Below the pieces are notes generated by a model. That model was given only the letters and a program-made list of their open reading frames with translations, was not told the origin of the DNA and did not search any database. From Octopus bimaculoides (lineage: Eukaryota), in contig NC_068990.1 of assembly GCF_001194135.2 (NCBI RefSeq), forward strand, positions 51,489,070 to 51,521,207: a DNA stretch of 32,138 nucleotides. The letters run 5' to 3'. The stretch's first letter is position 1. Each line of letters starts with the position of its first letter. Of this stretch, positions 22,120 to 32,138 are shown in pieces. The position numbers were made by a program, and so were the translations under genes.

Positions 22120-22416
22120 AACCCACTAAATATTCTGGCAGTATATAAATATAAACTGTGGGTATGAGAGTATGATTACCAACAGCATATATAAGGAGAG
22201 ACATCTAGGACCATTGCGGAAAGGTTAAATTAAAATTTGAGTCAATATGACGGCAAAAAAAACAGTCCTCTATATTCTACCAACATGGAGGCAACCTGAC
22301 ATCCGCATTTTATCCAAGTACCCAAAGGACCCAACCCTCAAACAAATACATGAATACGTTCCCATAAATGAAACATCCCCAGTACTAAATAGAAAATATA
22401 CGTAGTAGGTAATCAA

Positions 22417-22452
<36 letters not shown>

Positions 22453-22635
22453 CCGTTGACTGAACACTATTCAATTTTTTTCTCCGTGTTTTTCTCCTTG
22501 TCTCCGTATTCTTTCTGTTGAAGAGCGTAGCTCGAAACGTCAAAGACTTTCCGTATTCCCGAGCGTCATACTAATATATACTTTTGTTATTTACACCACC
22601 TGTCCTCGTCTGTTGTTATTATTTGTATATTCTCC
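22120..22635 (+). mobile_element. Penelope-like element 3' remnant: decayed GIY-YIG endonuclease + terminal repeat
   Basis: With one frameshift: (A)YIGETSRTIAERLN at about 22185-22230 and ILSKYPKDPTLKQIHEYVPINETSPVLNRKYT* at about 22300-22400. A hammerhead-bearing terminal repeat follows a TA run. Confidence 0.65.
22510..22546 (+). ncRNA. Minimal hammerhead ribozyme motif (A6>U variant)
   Basis: TCTTT-CTGTTGA-A-GAGC-GTA-GCTC-GAAA-CG-TC-AAAGA. Stems I and II are perfectly paired, helix III is the palindrome ACGT, and the cleavage triplet is GUC. Confidence 0.7.
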
Positions 22636-22744
22636 CATATATATATATATATATATGCATATACACACACTCATAAACTTGCATATATGTAACTGCTATC
22701 TGTTGGAGTTTCAGCATTTTTAGCTGCTATTTCTGAACTTCGGT

Positions 22745-23275
22745 NNNNNNNNNNNNNNNNNNNNNNNNNNNNNNNNNNNNNNNNNNNNNNNNNNNNNNNN
22801 NNNNNNNNNNNNNNNNNNNNNNNNNNNNNNNNNNNNNNNNNNNNNNNNNNNNNNNNNNNNNNNNNNNNNNNNNNNNNNNNNNNNNNNNNNNNNNNNNNNN
22901 NNNNNNNNNNNNNNNNNNNNNNNNNNNNNNNNNNNNNNNNNNNNNNNNNNNNNNNNNNNNNNNNNNNNNNNNNNNNNNNNNNNNNNNNNNNNNNNNNNNN
23001 NNNNNNNNNNNNNNNNNNNNNNNNNNNNNNNNNNNNNNNNNNNNNNNNNNNNNNNNNNNNNNNNNNNNNNNNNNNNNNNNNNNNNNNNNNNNNNNNNNNN
23101 NNNNNNNNNNNNNNNNNNNNNNNNNNNNNNNNNNNNNNNNNNNNNNNNNNNNNNNNNNNNNNNNNNNNNNNNNNNNNNNNNNNNNNNNNNNNNNNNNNNN
23201 NNNNNNNNNNNNNNNNNNNNNNNNNNNNNNNNNNNNNNNNNNNNNNNNNNNNNNNNNNNNNNNNNNNNNNNNNNN
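22745..23275. other. Assembly gap (N run)
   Basis: N bases. Confidence 1.
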
Positions 23276-23315
23276 ACCCACTCTTAACAAACAATGATTA
23301 AATTTATCTTACTTA

Positions 23316-23531
23316 GGGTTTAAAAATCTTATCCCTATAACTAAAAGACAAAAAATCTCTCAAATGTCATCATTTCTAAAAATAAACTTGGCATCATTTC
23401 TAAAAATAGCCAAACACCTACTGGGGTTTAAAAATCTTATCCCTATAACCAAAACACAAAAAATCTCTCAAATGTCATCATTTCTAAAAATAAAGTTGGC
23501 ATCAATTCTAAAAATAGCCAAACACATACTG
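23316..23531 (+). repeat. Two-copy 108-bp tandem repeat with internal sub-repeat CATCA(T/A)TTCTAAAAATA
   Basis: GGGTTTAAAAATCTTATCCCTATAAC... starts at 23316 and 23424. Confidence 0.92.
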
Positions 23532-23927
23532 CTGCTGTCCAAAGGAACAGGTATAAAAGACAGAAAACCAGCCAGCCTATTACAGTCTGTTACAGTCTGT
23601 CAGATACCGGCCATGACGAAATACCAAAAGGTATTGAAAATACGTATTAGCCTTTATATATTTAATCCTTTATATTGAACACTCAATATTTCATATATTC
23701 AATAAGACATATTCCATATATTCAATAAGACATTCAATACTTCATTTCATTGTACCATCCATTTTTATATTATATATTATATATTCCATATTCTATATCC
23801 CATATTAATTTTACAAGAATATAAATAAAACATAAAAAACAGACTGAGTTGGAACTCTTTTAATAAAATAATATATTCTTCTATACACGATCATACAAAA
23901 CCCCCCCTTTTTGTATTTATTTTTACT

Positions 23928-23959
<32 letters not shown>

Positions 23960-24003
23960 CATATATATACATGTGTGTATGTGTGTGTGGGTGTATGTGT
24001 ATG

Positions 24004-24211
24004 TGTTTGTCTGTCTGTGCTTCCCCCACAATTTGACAACCGATGTTGGTGTGTTTACATCCCCGTAGGTTAGCGGTTCAGCAAAAGAGACCGATAGAAT
24101 AAGTACTAGACTTACAAATAAAATAAACACTAGAGTAAGTACTAGACTGCAGGCAGTGTTTCAGCATGGCCGCACTCAAATGTCTGAAGCAAATAAAAGA
24201 ATAAAAGAATA
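24004..24211 (+). mobile_element. SINE 3' portion, same family as 1756-1947
   Basis: TTGACAACCGATGTTGGTGTGTTTACATCCCCGTA...GAGACCGATAGAATAAGTACT...CAGCATGGCCGCACTCAAATGTCTGAAGCAAATAAAAGAATAAAAG. Confidence 0.82.
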
Positions 24212-24415
24212 TACATATAAATGCTTATGTTATGTATATATGAATGAATGCAATTTATGTATATATGTAGGCATGTATGTATGTGTTGTTTTGCAATGTA
24301 AGCAAATAAAAGAATAAAAGAATATACATATAAATGCATATGTTATGTATATATGAATGAATGTAATTTATGTATATATGTAGGCATGTATGTATGCATT
24401 GTTTTGCAATGTAAG
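24187..24415 (+). repeat. Two-copy 113-bp tandem duplication starting in the SINE tail
   Basis: AAGCAAATAAAAGAATAAAAGAATATACATATAAATGC... starts at 24187 and 24300, with few mismatches. Confidence 0.92.
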
Positions 24416-25233
24416 TATGGACGATACACCTTAGGAGGTTTAATACAACAAATCTCATTAAACATTTCATTCGTTTTCCTGATTGTTACACGTCAATACG
24501 TCTTGATATAATTATATTCTGTTCTTCTCATATTTTTCTCATGCTTATTTCTGTCTTACTAATTAGTTGTCATGTTTAATTTACAATATTTTGTATAAAG
24601 GTTTAATAAAATATAACCAAGGTAATATGCTTGTATGTTTAAAAATTATAATAATCATTGTTTCTAAAACACTAATGATATTCTGTTCGTTTATTTACTT
24701 CCTGCTGTTAACTAGGCTTGCCTATACTTCTGGGGTTGTATGTTTCGTATGATTTGGTTTCGAAGGAGACCTCCATCGAGTAGTGCTTTTGATGTTGATT
24801 GTCAACAACTGCAGGAGAAATATGGAGATGAGATTGCAGAAAGTTAATGTTCTGAAGAAAAACGGTTGCAATTTGTGTTTATTGTGGTGCCTGAGCAGAT
24901 AAAAATTATACGAGTGATGACATGGAAGTGAGTATGTGTTGGCTTACCTCCATATGGCACTTAGAGAAAGGTGTCATGTAACGAGGCAGTTCCAAGGGGC
25001 AGAGTTTACAAAAGCAGCAACTGAAAAAAAATTACAGAATGAGGAAACAGCAACTCTGGGGAAGAAATGTATTGATAAGTAACTCTATGTATGGTGTTGC
25101 TTAACAGTCCCAAATTTTGGAGTAGAATTCAATTGTCTCACGTGACCAATATTGAGCGTTAGTAATAGTTGGAAGTGTAAGTATTCTCTTACTCGCTTGA
25201 TAGATGCATTTAAGTAGTTTAAGTTAAATTTTA

Positions 25234-25506
25234 GACCATATGGCGTAGTGGTTAAGAGCGCGGTCTACTAACCCCAAGATTCCGAGTTCGATTCCAGGTA
25301 GTGACCTGAATAATAATAATAATAATAACATCGAAAATACCTTAGGAATGAGAACCCAGATTCGAAATTTTCCCAAGACACCTGATGAAGGCTGGAGGGT
25401 ATATCAGCCGAAACGTTGTGTTAACAACAAAGTGAGGACAAATATCCGTCAATTGTAAATAATGTAAATAATGTATACAATTCCTCACCTCTTAAATATA
25501 GAACTG
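25234..25506 (+). mobile_element. tRNA-headed SINE-like element with (AAT)n spacer and hammerhead-bearing tail
   Basis: A box TGGCGTAGTGG (25241-25251), B box GAGTTCGATTCC (25284-25295), (AAT)n at about 25309-25329, hammerhead 25377-25422, TGTAAATAA repeats in the tail. Confidence 0.8.
25377..25422 (+). ncRNA. Minimal type I hammerhead ribozyme motif, core intact
   Basis: GACAC-CTGATGA-A-GGCTG-(GAGGGTATAT)-CAGCC-GAAA-CG-TT-GTGTT. Stem II is perfect, stem I is 5 bp with one G-U, helix III is the palindrome ACGT, and the triplet is GUU. Confidence 0.75.
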
Positions 25507-25597
25507 CATGAGTTTGATATTGGGAGGTGGGGCAAAATTACTGTAAAAACAAAATCCCTCGCACGTGCATTTGGGCCATTCCAAGAAAATCTCTGTC

Positions 25598-25815
25598 AAT
25601 ATTGCTTTCAAATTCTGGCACGGTCACAAATTTTGAGGAGATGGTAAGTCTATTATGTTGAGCCACAGTGTTCAACTGATATCTATTTTATCAACTCCGA
25701 AAGGTTGAAAGGCAAAATCGACCTCGGCAGCATTTGATTTCAGAACGTGAAGCTGGAAGAAATGCTGCTGAGAATATTCTCAAGTGTGTTAATGATTCTG
25801 CTAGCTCACCTCCTT
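25598..25815 (-). mobile_element. tRNA-derived SINE (second family), decayed
   Basis: The minus strand reads GGAGGTGAGCTAGCAGAATCATTAACAC...TTCTGAAATCAAATGCTGCCGAGGTCGATTTTGCCTTTCAACCTTTCGGAGTTGATAAAAT. That is a degenerate tRNA head plus the GGTCGAC/TTTGCCTTTCATCCTTTCG core I recall from cephalopod SINEs. Confidence 0.75.
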
Positions 25816-25990
25816 AATCTCTCTCAATATTACTTAAACCAAGTGTCAATGCAACACTTCCTATATAATTTAATTTGAAATAGCTCAGTATTTACATACG
25901 TAGATATACATATTACATATTTATTTATTCATATATATATATACACACATACAAACACACATATACCTGCGTATAGTATGTATATCCACA

Positions 25991-26655
25991 TCTACAATAA
26001 TAAATGGCAAGTTTGTTTCTGAGATTGGTACTTTAACTCCTCCGAGACTATCTAACAGACCTTGATGAAACTTGACACGTTTGTGGGGCTTATCGCCATG
26101 AAGTCACTTGGAATTTTTTAAAAATCGATTTTTTAATCAGTATCGATTTTTCAAAAATCATAAAATTTTGGCATTTTTCGCACTAGCCATCGTGACATCA
26201 ATTTGACGAAAAATGTTTCATGGGTATAAAGAAACAACTTATTAATGGTAATCTATTTAGCATTTGCTAATTCTTCATTTAAATGCGGATTGTTTTGATT
26301 TGCTAAAACTTATCGTTTCAATTCGTTGTTTTAAATTCCCCAGCATTTCAGGTTTTGATTAGTTAAGACCATTTTATTTCTCAAGCAACATTTAGGTATT
26401 TTGCGCACTAGCCGTCGTGACATCAATTTGCCGAAATCTGTCCCCAAGGCGTAAAATTTCGCCATTTTACGCACATGCACAAAAATGACAACACGGGTTT
26501 GCTACCAGACTCTGCTCATTGTTTTCGTCAAATTGGTCCTACCAATTAATATAGATTTTAATGTTTTGAAAAGATTTGAAATTTGACGAAAAATATATCA
26601 TAGCTATAAACAGACATCTTATTAACGGTAATTTTTTGCCGGGTACCTCAGCTAG
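25991..26655 (+). mobile_element. Non-autonomous Helitron (complete)
   Basis: 5' TC at 25991 preceded by A; 3' CTAG at 26652-26655 followed by T (A|T insertion, no TSD); hairpin CGGTAA-TTTT-TTGCCG at 26626-26641, 10 nt before CTAG; internal imperfect repeats (GCACTAGCC.TCGTGACATCAATTTG at about 26178 and 26404). Confidence 0.8.
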
Positions 26656-26736
26656 TTTATATATGTGTGTGGATAAGCATTTAAGCGAGCGTTGCTGTAG
26701 CTAGCCAAATGAGATAGCATACCACTCATCTTCAGC

Positions 26737-28150
26737 TTGTTTGTTTGTTTATAGTTTCAGCTTAGAGCTGCGGCTATGCTGATGCACCGCCGTGTTGCTA
26801 CACTATTATTACGGGGGGCCTCCTACAATATGTGGCACTTGGTGAAGAATGGAGATTGATTTAGCAACCCTCATTTGCACCTCTTGCCGTGAGGTAGGTT
26901 CATCTGGGACTCTCNNNNNNNNNNNNNNNNNNNNNNNNNNNNNNNNNNNNNNNNNNNNNNNNNNNNNNNNNNNNNNNNNNNNNNNNNNNNNNNNNNNNNN
27001 NNNNNNNNNNNNNNNNNNNNNNNNNNNNNNNNNNNNNNNNNNNNNNNNNNNNNNNNNNNNNNNNNNNNNNNNNNNNNNNNNNNNNNNNNNNNNNNNNNNN
27101 NNNNNNNNNNNNNNNNNNNNNNNNNNNNNNNNNNNNNNNNNNNNNNNNNNNNNNNNNNNNNNNNNNNNNNNNNNNNNNNNNNNNNNNNNNNNNNNNNNNN
27201 NNNNNNNNNNNNNNNNNNNNNNNNNNNNNNNNNNNNNNNNNNNNNNNNNNNNNNNNNNNNNNNNNNNNNNNNNNNNNNNNNNNNNNNNNNNNNNNNNNNN
27301 NNNNNNNNNNNNNNNNNNNNNNNNNNNNNNNNNNNNNNNNNNNNNNNNNNNNNNNNNNNNNNNNNNNNNNNNNNNNNNNNNNNNNNNNNNNTGGTGGGTG
27401 ACCACAGTTGTGAGAAGTAATCCAGGCGGCTGAGGACGAATGTCCGCCAGAGGATCATCATGGTTTCTTTATCTCTGGTTCTGAATGTTCTCAGGATCCA
27501 TCCAGCCAGTCGCCTGCACTTTGTCGCCATCCTGGTAATGTGCACTTGGAAAGAGGTATCATCACTCATGTCGATACCCAGGTCTCTCACTGATTTAGGC
27601 TCTGGGATTGAAATTCCCTGCGGACCAGTGTACTCTGTAAGTTTCATATTTAGTTTTGGACGTTGGTAGCGCAGGGCTTGGAACTTTTCAGCATTAAACT
27701 TTATATTATTATCCTCAGCCCATCTGTAAACTGAGTCCAACTCCTGCTGCAGATGTGCAACATCACTGGAGTCCTGTATTTTCTGCGAGACTTTCGTATC
27801 GTCTGCATAGCTTGCAAGAGTGGCTATCCGGGCACTTGAGGGCATATCTGAGAGAGCGACTATAAAATGCAATGGTCCCAAGACAGTGCCCTGTAGAACA
27901 CCGCTCATTATCTGTGTTTTCATAGAGGTGGCTCCATTAGTCACTACTGCCTGACTTCTATCATTCAGAAAGTCATGTAACCACTCTCCAAGTTTTCCAG
28001 CTATGCCAAGATCACGCAGTTTGTGGCATATCACACCATGATCCACTTTGTCAAAAGCTTTTGCAAAATCAAGGTATATTACGTCCACATTTGAGTTGTT
28101 GAGTAACTGCCTCAATACCCAGTCATAATGTTGTAAGAGCTGGGTCAGCT
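26737..28150 (-). mobile_element. CR1-type LINE, 5'-truncated, with RT domain open reading frame; contains gap 26915-27391
   Basis: VDVIYLDFAKAFDKVDHG, SGVLQGTVLGP, SYADDTK, VRDLGI, LDYFSQLWSP. 3' end carries a hairpin and an (AAAC)n tail. Confidence 0.95.
26915..27391. other. Assembly gap (N run)
   Basis: N bases. Confidence 1.
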
Positions 28151-29419
28151 GTAAATAATTTTTTAAATCAAAAAATGTTATTTAGATTCTACATTGATAA
28201 AGGTAATAAAATAACTATATCGATTTCAAGCGACACCTATCGGCATTAGCTTTTAGGTGCTACTATTAATATCAACTAATCTGGTCTTATTTCCATTACC
28301 ATTTTTCGAAATAGCAGTTGTATTTCACTAACGCCTATCATTCGCAAACAAACGTCTCCAGTAGTCTTCTCTTTTTTTTACATTAAAAAACAAAGAATAT
28401 TCCCAATTTTGGGGGTTAATATATCTTACAGTACTCACACAATTTTTATGCTTGTGAGTATTGAACTCTCGCTTCAAGTAAAATTATATCTCGGTGGGCG
28501 CACACACACACACGTCATTGTTTGAACCAGCTGACATAAATGTTATTGTATTTTGAAGTTAAAAGTTAACTTGTAGAATCTGAAATGTAAAGTATACTTT
28601 TTAAAGCTTCTTGCTTCCGTCTCTTCTAAATTAGTATCACGGTTTTTTCTTAATACTTAATGAACACCAACCAAAATGCCTTGCAGAATTTATTTAACAC
28701 CTCAGGTTCTGATATCAAGTTATGTTCTGACTCTGGCTTTGTGTCATTGATAAAAATAAATAATTAATGAGATCACGTTCGATGAAGATCCTGTCAAAAT
28801 GCCTTACGGTATTTTCTCACTCTCGTTTGTTTCCGACTTTAAATTTTGTTGGAGATAACTTTGTCTTCCTTTATTTAGACATCAACTATTAACGTTGATA
28901 TAACTCTAGTTACCCTTTCGTAAGTGGGAATTGTTAATTAATTATCCGTGGATAAAATATCGGGTGATATTTAGTCTGAGCTTTTGATGCCAGAAAAGAA
29001 TTAGCCTTTTATGCTTCTTAGCTCGGAGATATTCGATTCAGGGAGAATTTCATAAAGGATATACTCCATATTCAGCAAATGTTTCCTCCTAACCCTAATT
29101 TCCTAATTTGGTGACCCTCTTCAATTTAGGAGAATAGTCTTATATTAGATTGCTGCTTATACATTGAGATCTTGCTGTTGATAAGCACAGATATCTAAGA
29201 CTACATAAAAAATAACACCACCAAGGTAATAAATAGCTAAATATTCACTCAGCAGAAATATTAAAGTTTTGGCACAACTCAGCTGACAAACTAGGATGGC
29301 TTTTACTAGATAAACTGAGTTAAGCAGTGTGGTAGTGTGACAATGTAATAAGAATGGGCAGAGTGTCTATCATTCCCATCATAAATGGTGAAATGAAATG
29401 TTATGCAACCATATACTTA

Positions 29420-30227
29420 AAAACATTGTTTGATTATCTACAGGTGTAAACATATAGACTGTGAGTCGGTTACTATGCTGCATATGCGTCTTGCCATACT
29501 ATACGAAATGTTTCTTTTTATGTGGGATGGGTGGCAGGAGTAGAAATTTAAATAGTGGCGTATGTCATTTTTTTTTGTAGTAGATGTCTGTTGTGACGAT
29601 GAAGTTGTGTATCTTCATGTTGATGTCTAGGAAGGGATGTTCGTTGTAGTTGGTATCTATTGTGAAGTGGATAGATGGGTGCAGTGTGTTGAAGATGTTG
29701 CGGAATGTTCGTAGATCTTCTGATCTGTTCCAAAAGATGAAACAGTCATCGAGGTAGCGTTTCCACTTTTTCTTGATGTCTTCTCTGAAGTTGCATTCGA
29801 AGACGTTCCTTATTTCAACGTATAGTTTGTTCTCAAGGAAACCCATCACTAAGTTGGCATATGAAGGTGCGAATTTCATACCCATAGCCGTACCCTTTAT
29901 CTGTCGGTATAACTTGTTATTAAATGAGAATGTGTTCTCTTCAAGTATTAATTGGGTGGCTTTGGTGATAACGTCTGTTTTGAAACGTTTATCTATGAGT
30001 TCCCTGTATTTTCCTACCCAATATTTTATCGCTTCCGGACCCAGGGTGTGTGGTATGTTCGTGTATAAGTTTGTGGCATCGAAGCTTGCAAGTATGGTGT
30101 TTTCCGGAATCGTATTTGGAATGTGTGTGAGCATAAAGGTGTGTGGGCATAAAGGTTTGAGGAGTACATCTATGAAGTGGCTTAGCTGTTGCGTTGGTGA
30201 TTCGCGCCCTGCAACTATGGGTCTCAT
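29420..30227 (-). mobile_element. Penelope-like element RT fragment
   Basis: ORF 29565-30227: RPIVAG..SPT..LSHFID, ASFDATNLYTNIPH, QIKGTAMG..FAPSYANL, KRYLDDCF, PFLDI. After a frameshift in an A-run it continues YLNFYSCHPSHIKRNISYSMARRICSIV. Confidence 0.93.
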
Positions 30228-30240
30228 TGTGTGTGTGTGT

Positions 30241-30289
<49 letters not shown>
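30228..30289. repeat. (TG)n microsatellite at the 5' truncation of the PLE fragment
   Basis: Direct reading. Confidence 0.95.
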
Positions 30290-30290
<1 letters not shown>

Positions 30291-31104
30291 CTAAACTTAT
30301 GTTATTTTGTTGAGATTAATCCACCTTTAAAGTGAAAACAAAAACAAAACCGACGTATACGACAGGCATGTAAAATATATTTGTGTACTTTTTTCTGTTT
30401 ATTCTTAATTTTCGTGGTTTTGCAAGATTGAAAATAAAGTTTCGGAAAGCTAACATTTTAAAATTTTTGGGGAAAGGACAGAGTGCCTGCGCCGAGTTTG
30501 CCCTTTATAGTTTCTATATTTAACCGTGCGTGTATATTCCTATTTTTGCTTATGTTCTCTTCTACTTCTCTACTAGAAACGTTTACTTTGAAATTTACTT
30601 CTATTGAGAAAAAAAAATTGTGTGCATTTTATTTTTAACGTAAGTATTCTTATGACGGCTTCTGTTCACTGCCTATTACTTCATTAGAAATCTACGGATG
30701 CACATACGCACATAACAGAGAAAAATGAACCAAATATGGACAACTTGCTCCGAAACACCACCGAGTGGGGAACACTTCTCAAAAATAACCTGCAGTTGTT
30801 TCCTTCAAAATTCCTACATGCTCGAAATGTACATACATCAAGGTATATTTGTAGAAACTTTCACGAAAAAATATTCATTTTCCTGGAAGTTAAGAGGAAT
30901 TTAAGTGGAATTTCAGAAAATTGTCCCCCACCCCCTCCCAAAACATTTTCACCGAAAATGTTTGTATATTCGGAATCTACATAATAAATAGTATATGCAT
31001 TGAAAATTTCATTAAAAAAATATTCATTTTTCTGAAAGTTATGACCTTCCAAATTCAGGGGGTACAACTCCGTCAATGTTTTGTAAATATACCACGATTT
31101 TCAC

Positions 31105-31320
31105 TAGGGTGTTAGGGCTAGAGTTTTAGGGTTACGGTTAAAGTTAGGATTTAGGGTTACGGTTACGGTTAGGGTTAGGATTAGGGTTAGTGTTACGATT
31201 TTAGGGTCAGGGTTAGGGTTTTAGGGTTAGGGTTAGAGTTTAGGGTTATGGTTTAGGATTAGTGTTAGGGTTAGTGTTAGGGTTAGGATTAGGTTTTGGG
31301 TTTTAGGATTAGGGTTGGGT
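31105..31320 (+). repeat. Interstitial degenerate telomere-like array (TTAGGG, TTACGG, TTAGGA, TTAGTG, TTTTAGGG)
   Basis: About 35 hexamer-like units, one orientation only. Confidence 0.9.
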
Positions 31321-31924
31321 AATCGTGAGGGTGTTAATCTGAAAAATTACAGAAATGTGAAAACTACCGACCCTGCAATCTATTATAACTTTTGTTGTTC
31401 TGTTTAATATATACATAGATTATGCCTCCAAAGAAGAGAGCTTGCTGGGGAAAGAAAGCAACCGCTTTAAAAAGACAGTGTCAGACTGCAGCAATTCACC
31501 ACATTCCAGAAGCTACTTTGAACATAATGCAATATGGTGCATCAACATCTACTGCCCAATCTGAGAGAATTCTGACAGAACTGTGTAGCAACAGATCGCC
31601 AGCAATTGCTTCATCAGAAATTGCCGTCCTAGCTCCTGCTAAAAGTGATCACCCTGCTATGTATAATCAGGGCAGCGCAAAAAGTTGTTTTGCACAAGCA
31701 TTTCTATAGCCAATTACACCGATGAAATTTACGTACGCTTAATAATGTTGCGCAAAACAGCCTTCAGACTTTCCCTATTAATTTCATCGTCTTTTGAATT
31801 ATGAACATATTTACATCATAAAGGTTTTTTCGTTGCAACGCTTTCTTTTTTAGTTGATTTTCACCTAGCAAGACTTATCGTAGATGACGTAATAAGTTAC
31901 ACCCGGACAACCTATATAAATAAA

Positions 31925-32138
31925 TAGTAAACATATATACATACACCCATATATATACATACATACTAACACATATAGACTAAAACACGCACACTCATAT
32001 ATATACATATACTCATACATATACACATATCCATATATATATACAAAAAACTACTTAAACACAACCACTCATATATATATATATATATACACGGACTTAA
32101 ACACCCCCCCCCCATATATATATATATATATATATATA
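31925..32138. repeat. TA/CA low-complexity microsatellite
   Basis: Direct reading. Confidence 0.85.

Noticed and set aside
24711-24850. Possible host exon (pyrimidine tract + AG, then ACLYFWGCMFRMIWFRRRPPSSSAFDVDCQQLQEKYGDEIAES*)
   Set aside because: No recognisable family, no clear partner exons, and all frames close within 135 nt.
25234-25306. Functional tRNA gene
   Set aside because: A and B boxes are present, but the acceptor and anticodon stems do not pair properly, there is no clean terminator, and it is fused to a repeat tail. It is a SINE head.
28150-29400. Continuation of the minus-strand PLE (linker/GIY-YIG)
   Set aside because: I could not recover PLE motifs by manual translation; left unannotated.
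31422-31709. 95-aa ORF MPPKKRACWGKK..., loosely like a basic Helitron/transposase N-terminus or an NLS
   Set aside because: No catalytic or domain motif follows and no element boundaries were found.

Overview
AT-rich, gene-free eukaryotic DNA with five assembly gaps. It is almost entirely transposable elements and microsatellites. The SINE types and dense TA/CA repeats suggest an octopus-like cephalopod (inference from recalled families). No host exon could be supported. The core (about 5.4-18.5 kb) is a nested cluster of L1/Tx1-clade retroelements: two decayed APE-RT LINEs (one with its RT core deleted at a 7-bp microhomology) and three related elements that encode only an ORF1 (RRM-like plus CCHC knuckle) and go straight to a short 3' UTR and AATAAA. 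Three head-to-tail junctions and one inverted site share the motif ACCTCTAGCCGAACAAT. This suggests sequence-specific insertion, and its reverse complement resembles a conserved 18S rRNA segment. Two GGATC...GATCC MITEs (one with a perfect 9-bp TSD, Mutator-like) carrying TTAGGG arrays sit inside the ORF1-only elements. The rest holds three Penelope-like element remnants, three hammerhead-ribozyme motifs (one in a tRNA-headed SINE), CR1-type LINE fragments whose 3' hairpin tail is shared with a SINE, a complete non-autonomous Helitron, tandem duplications and an interstitial telomere-like array.
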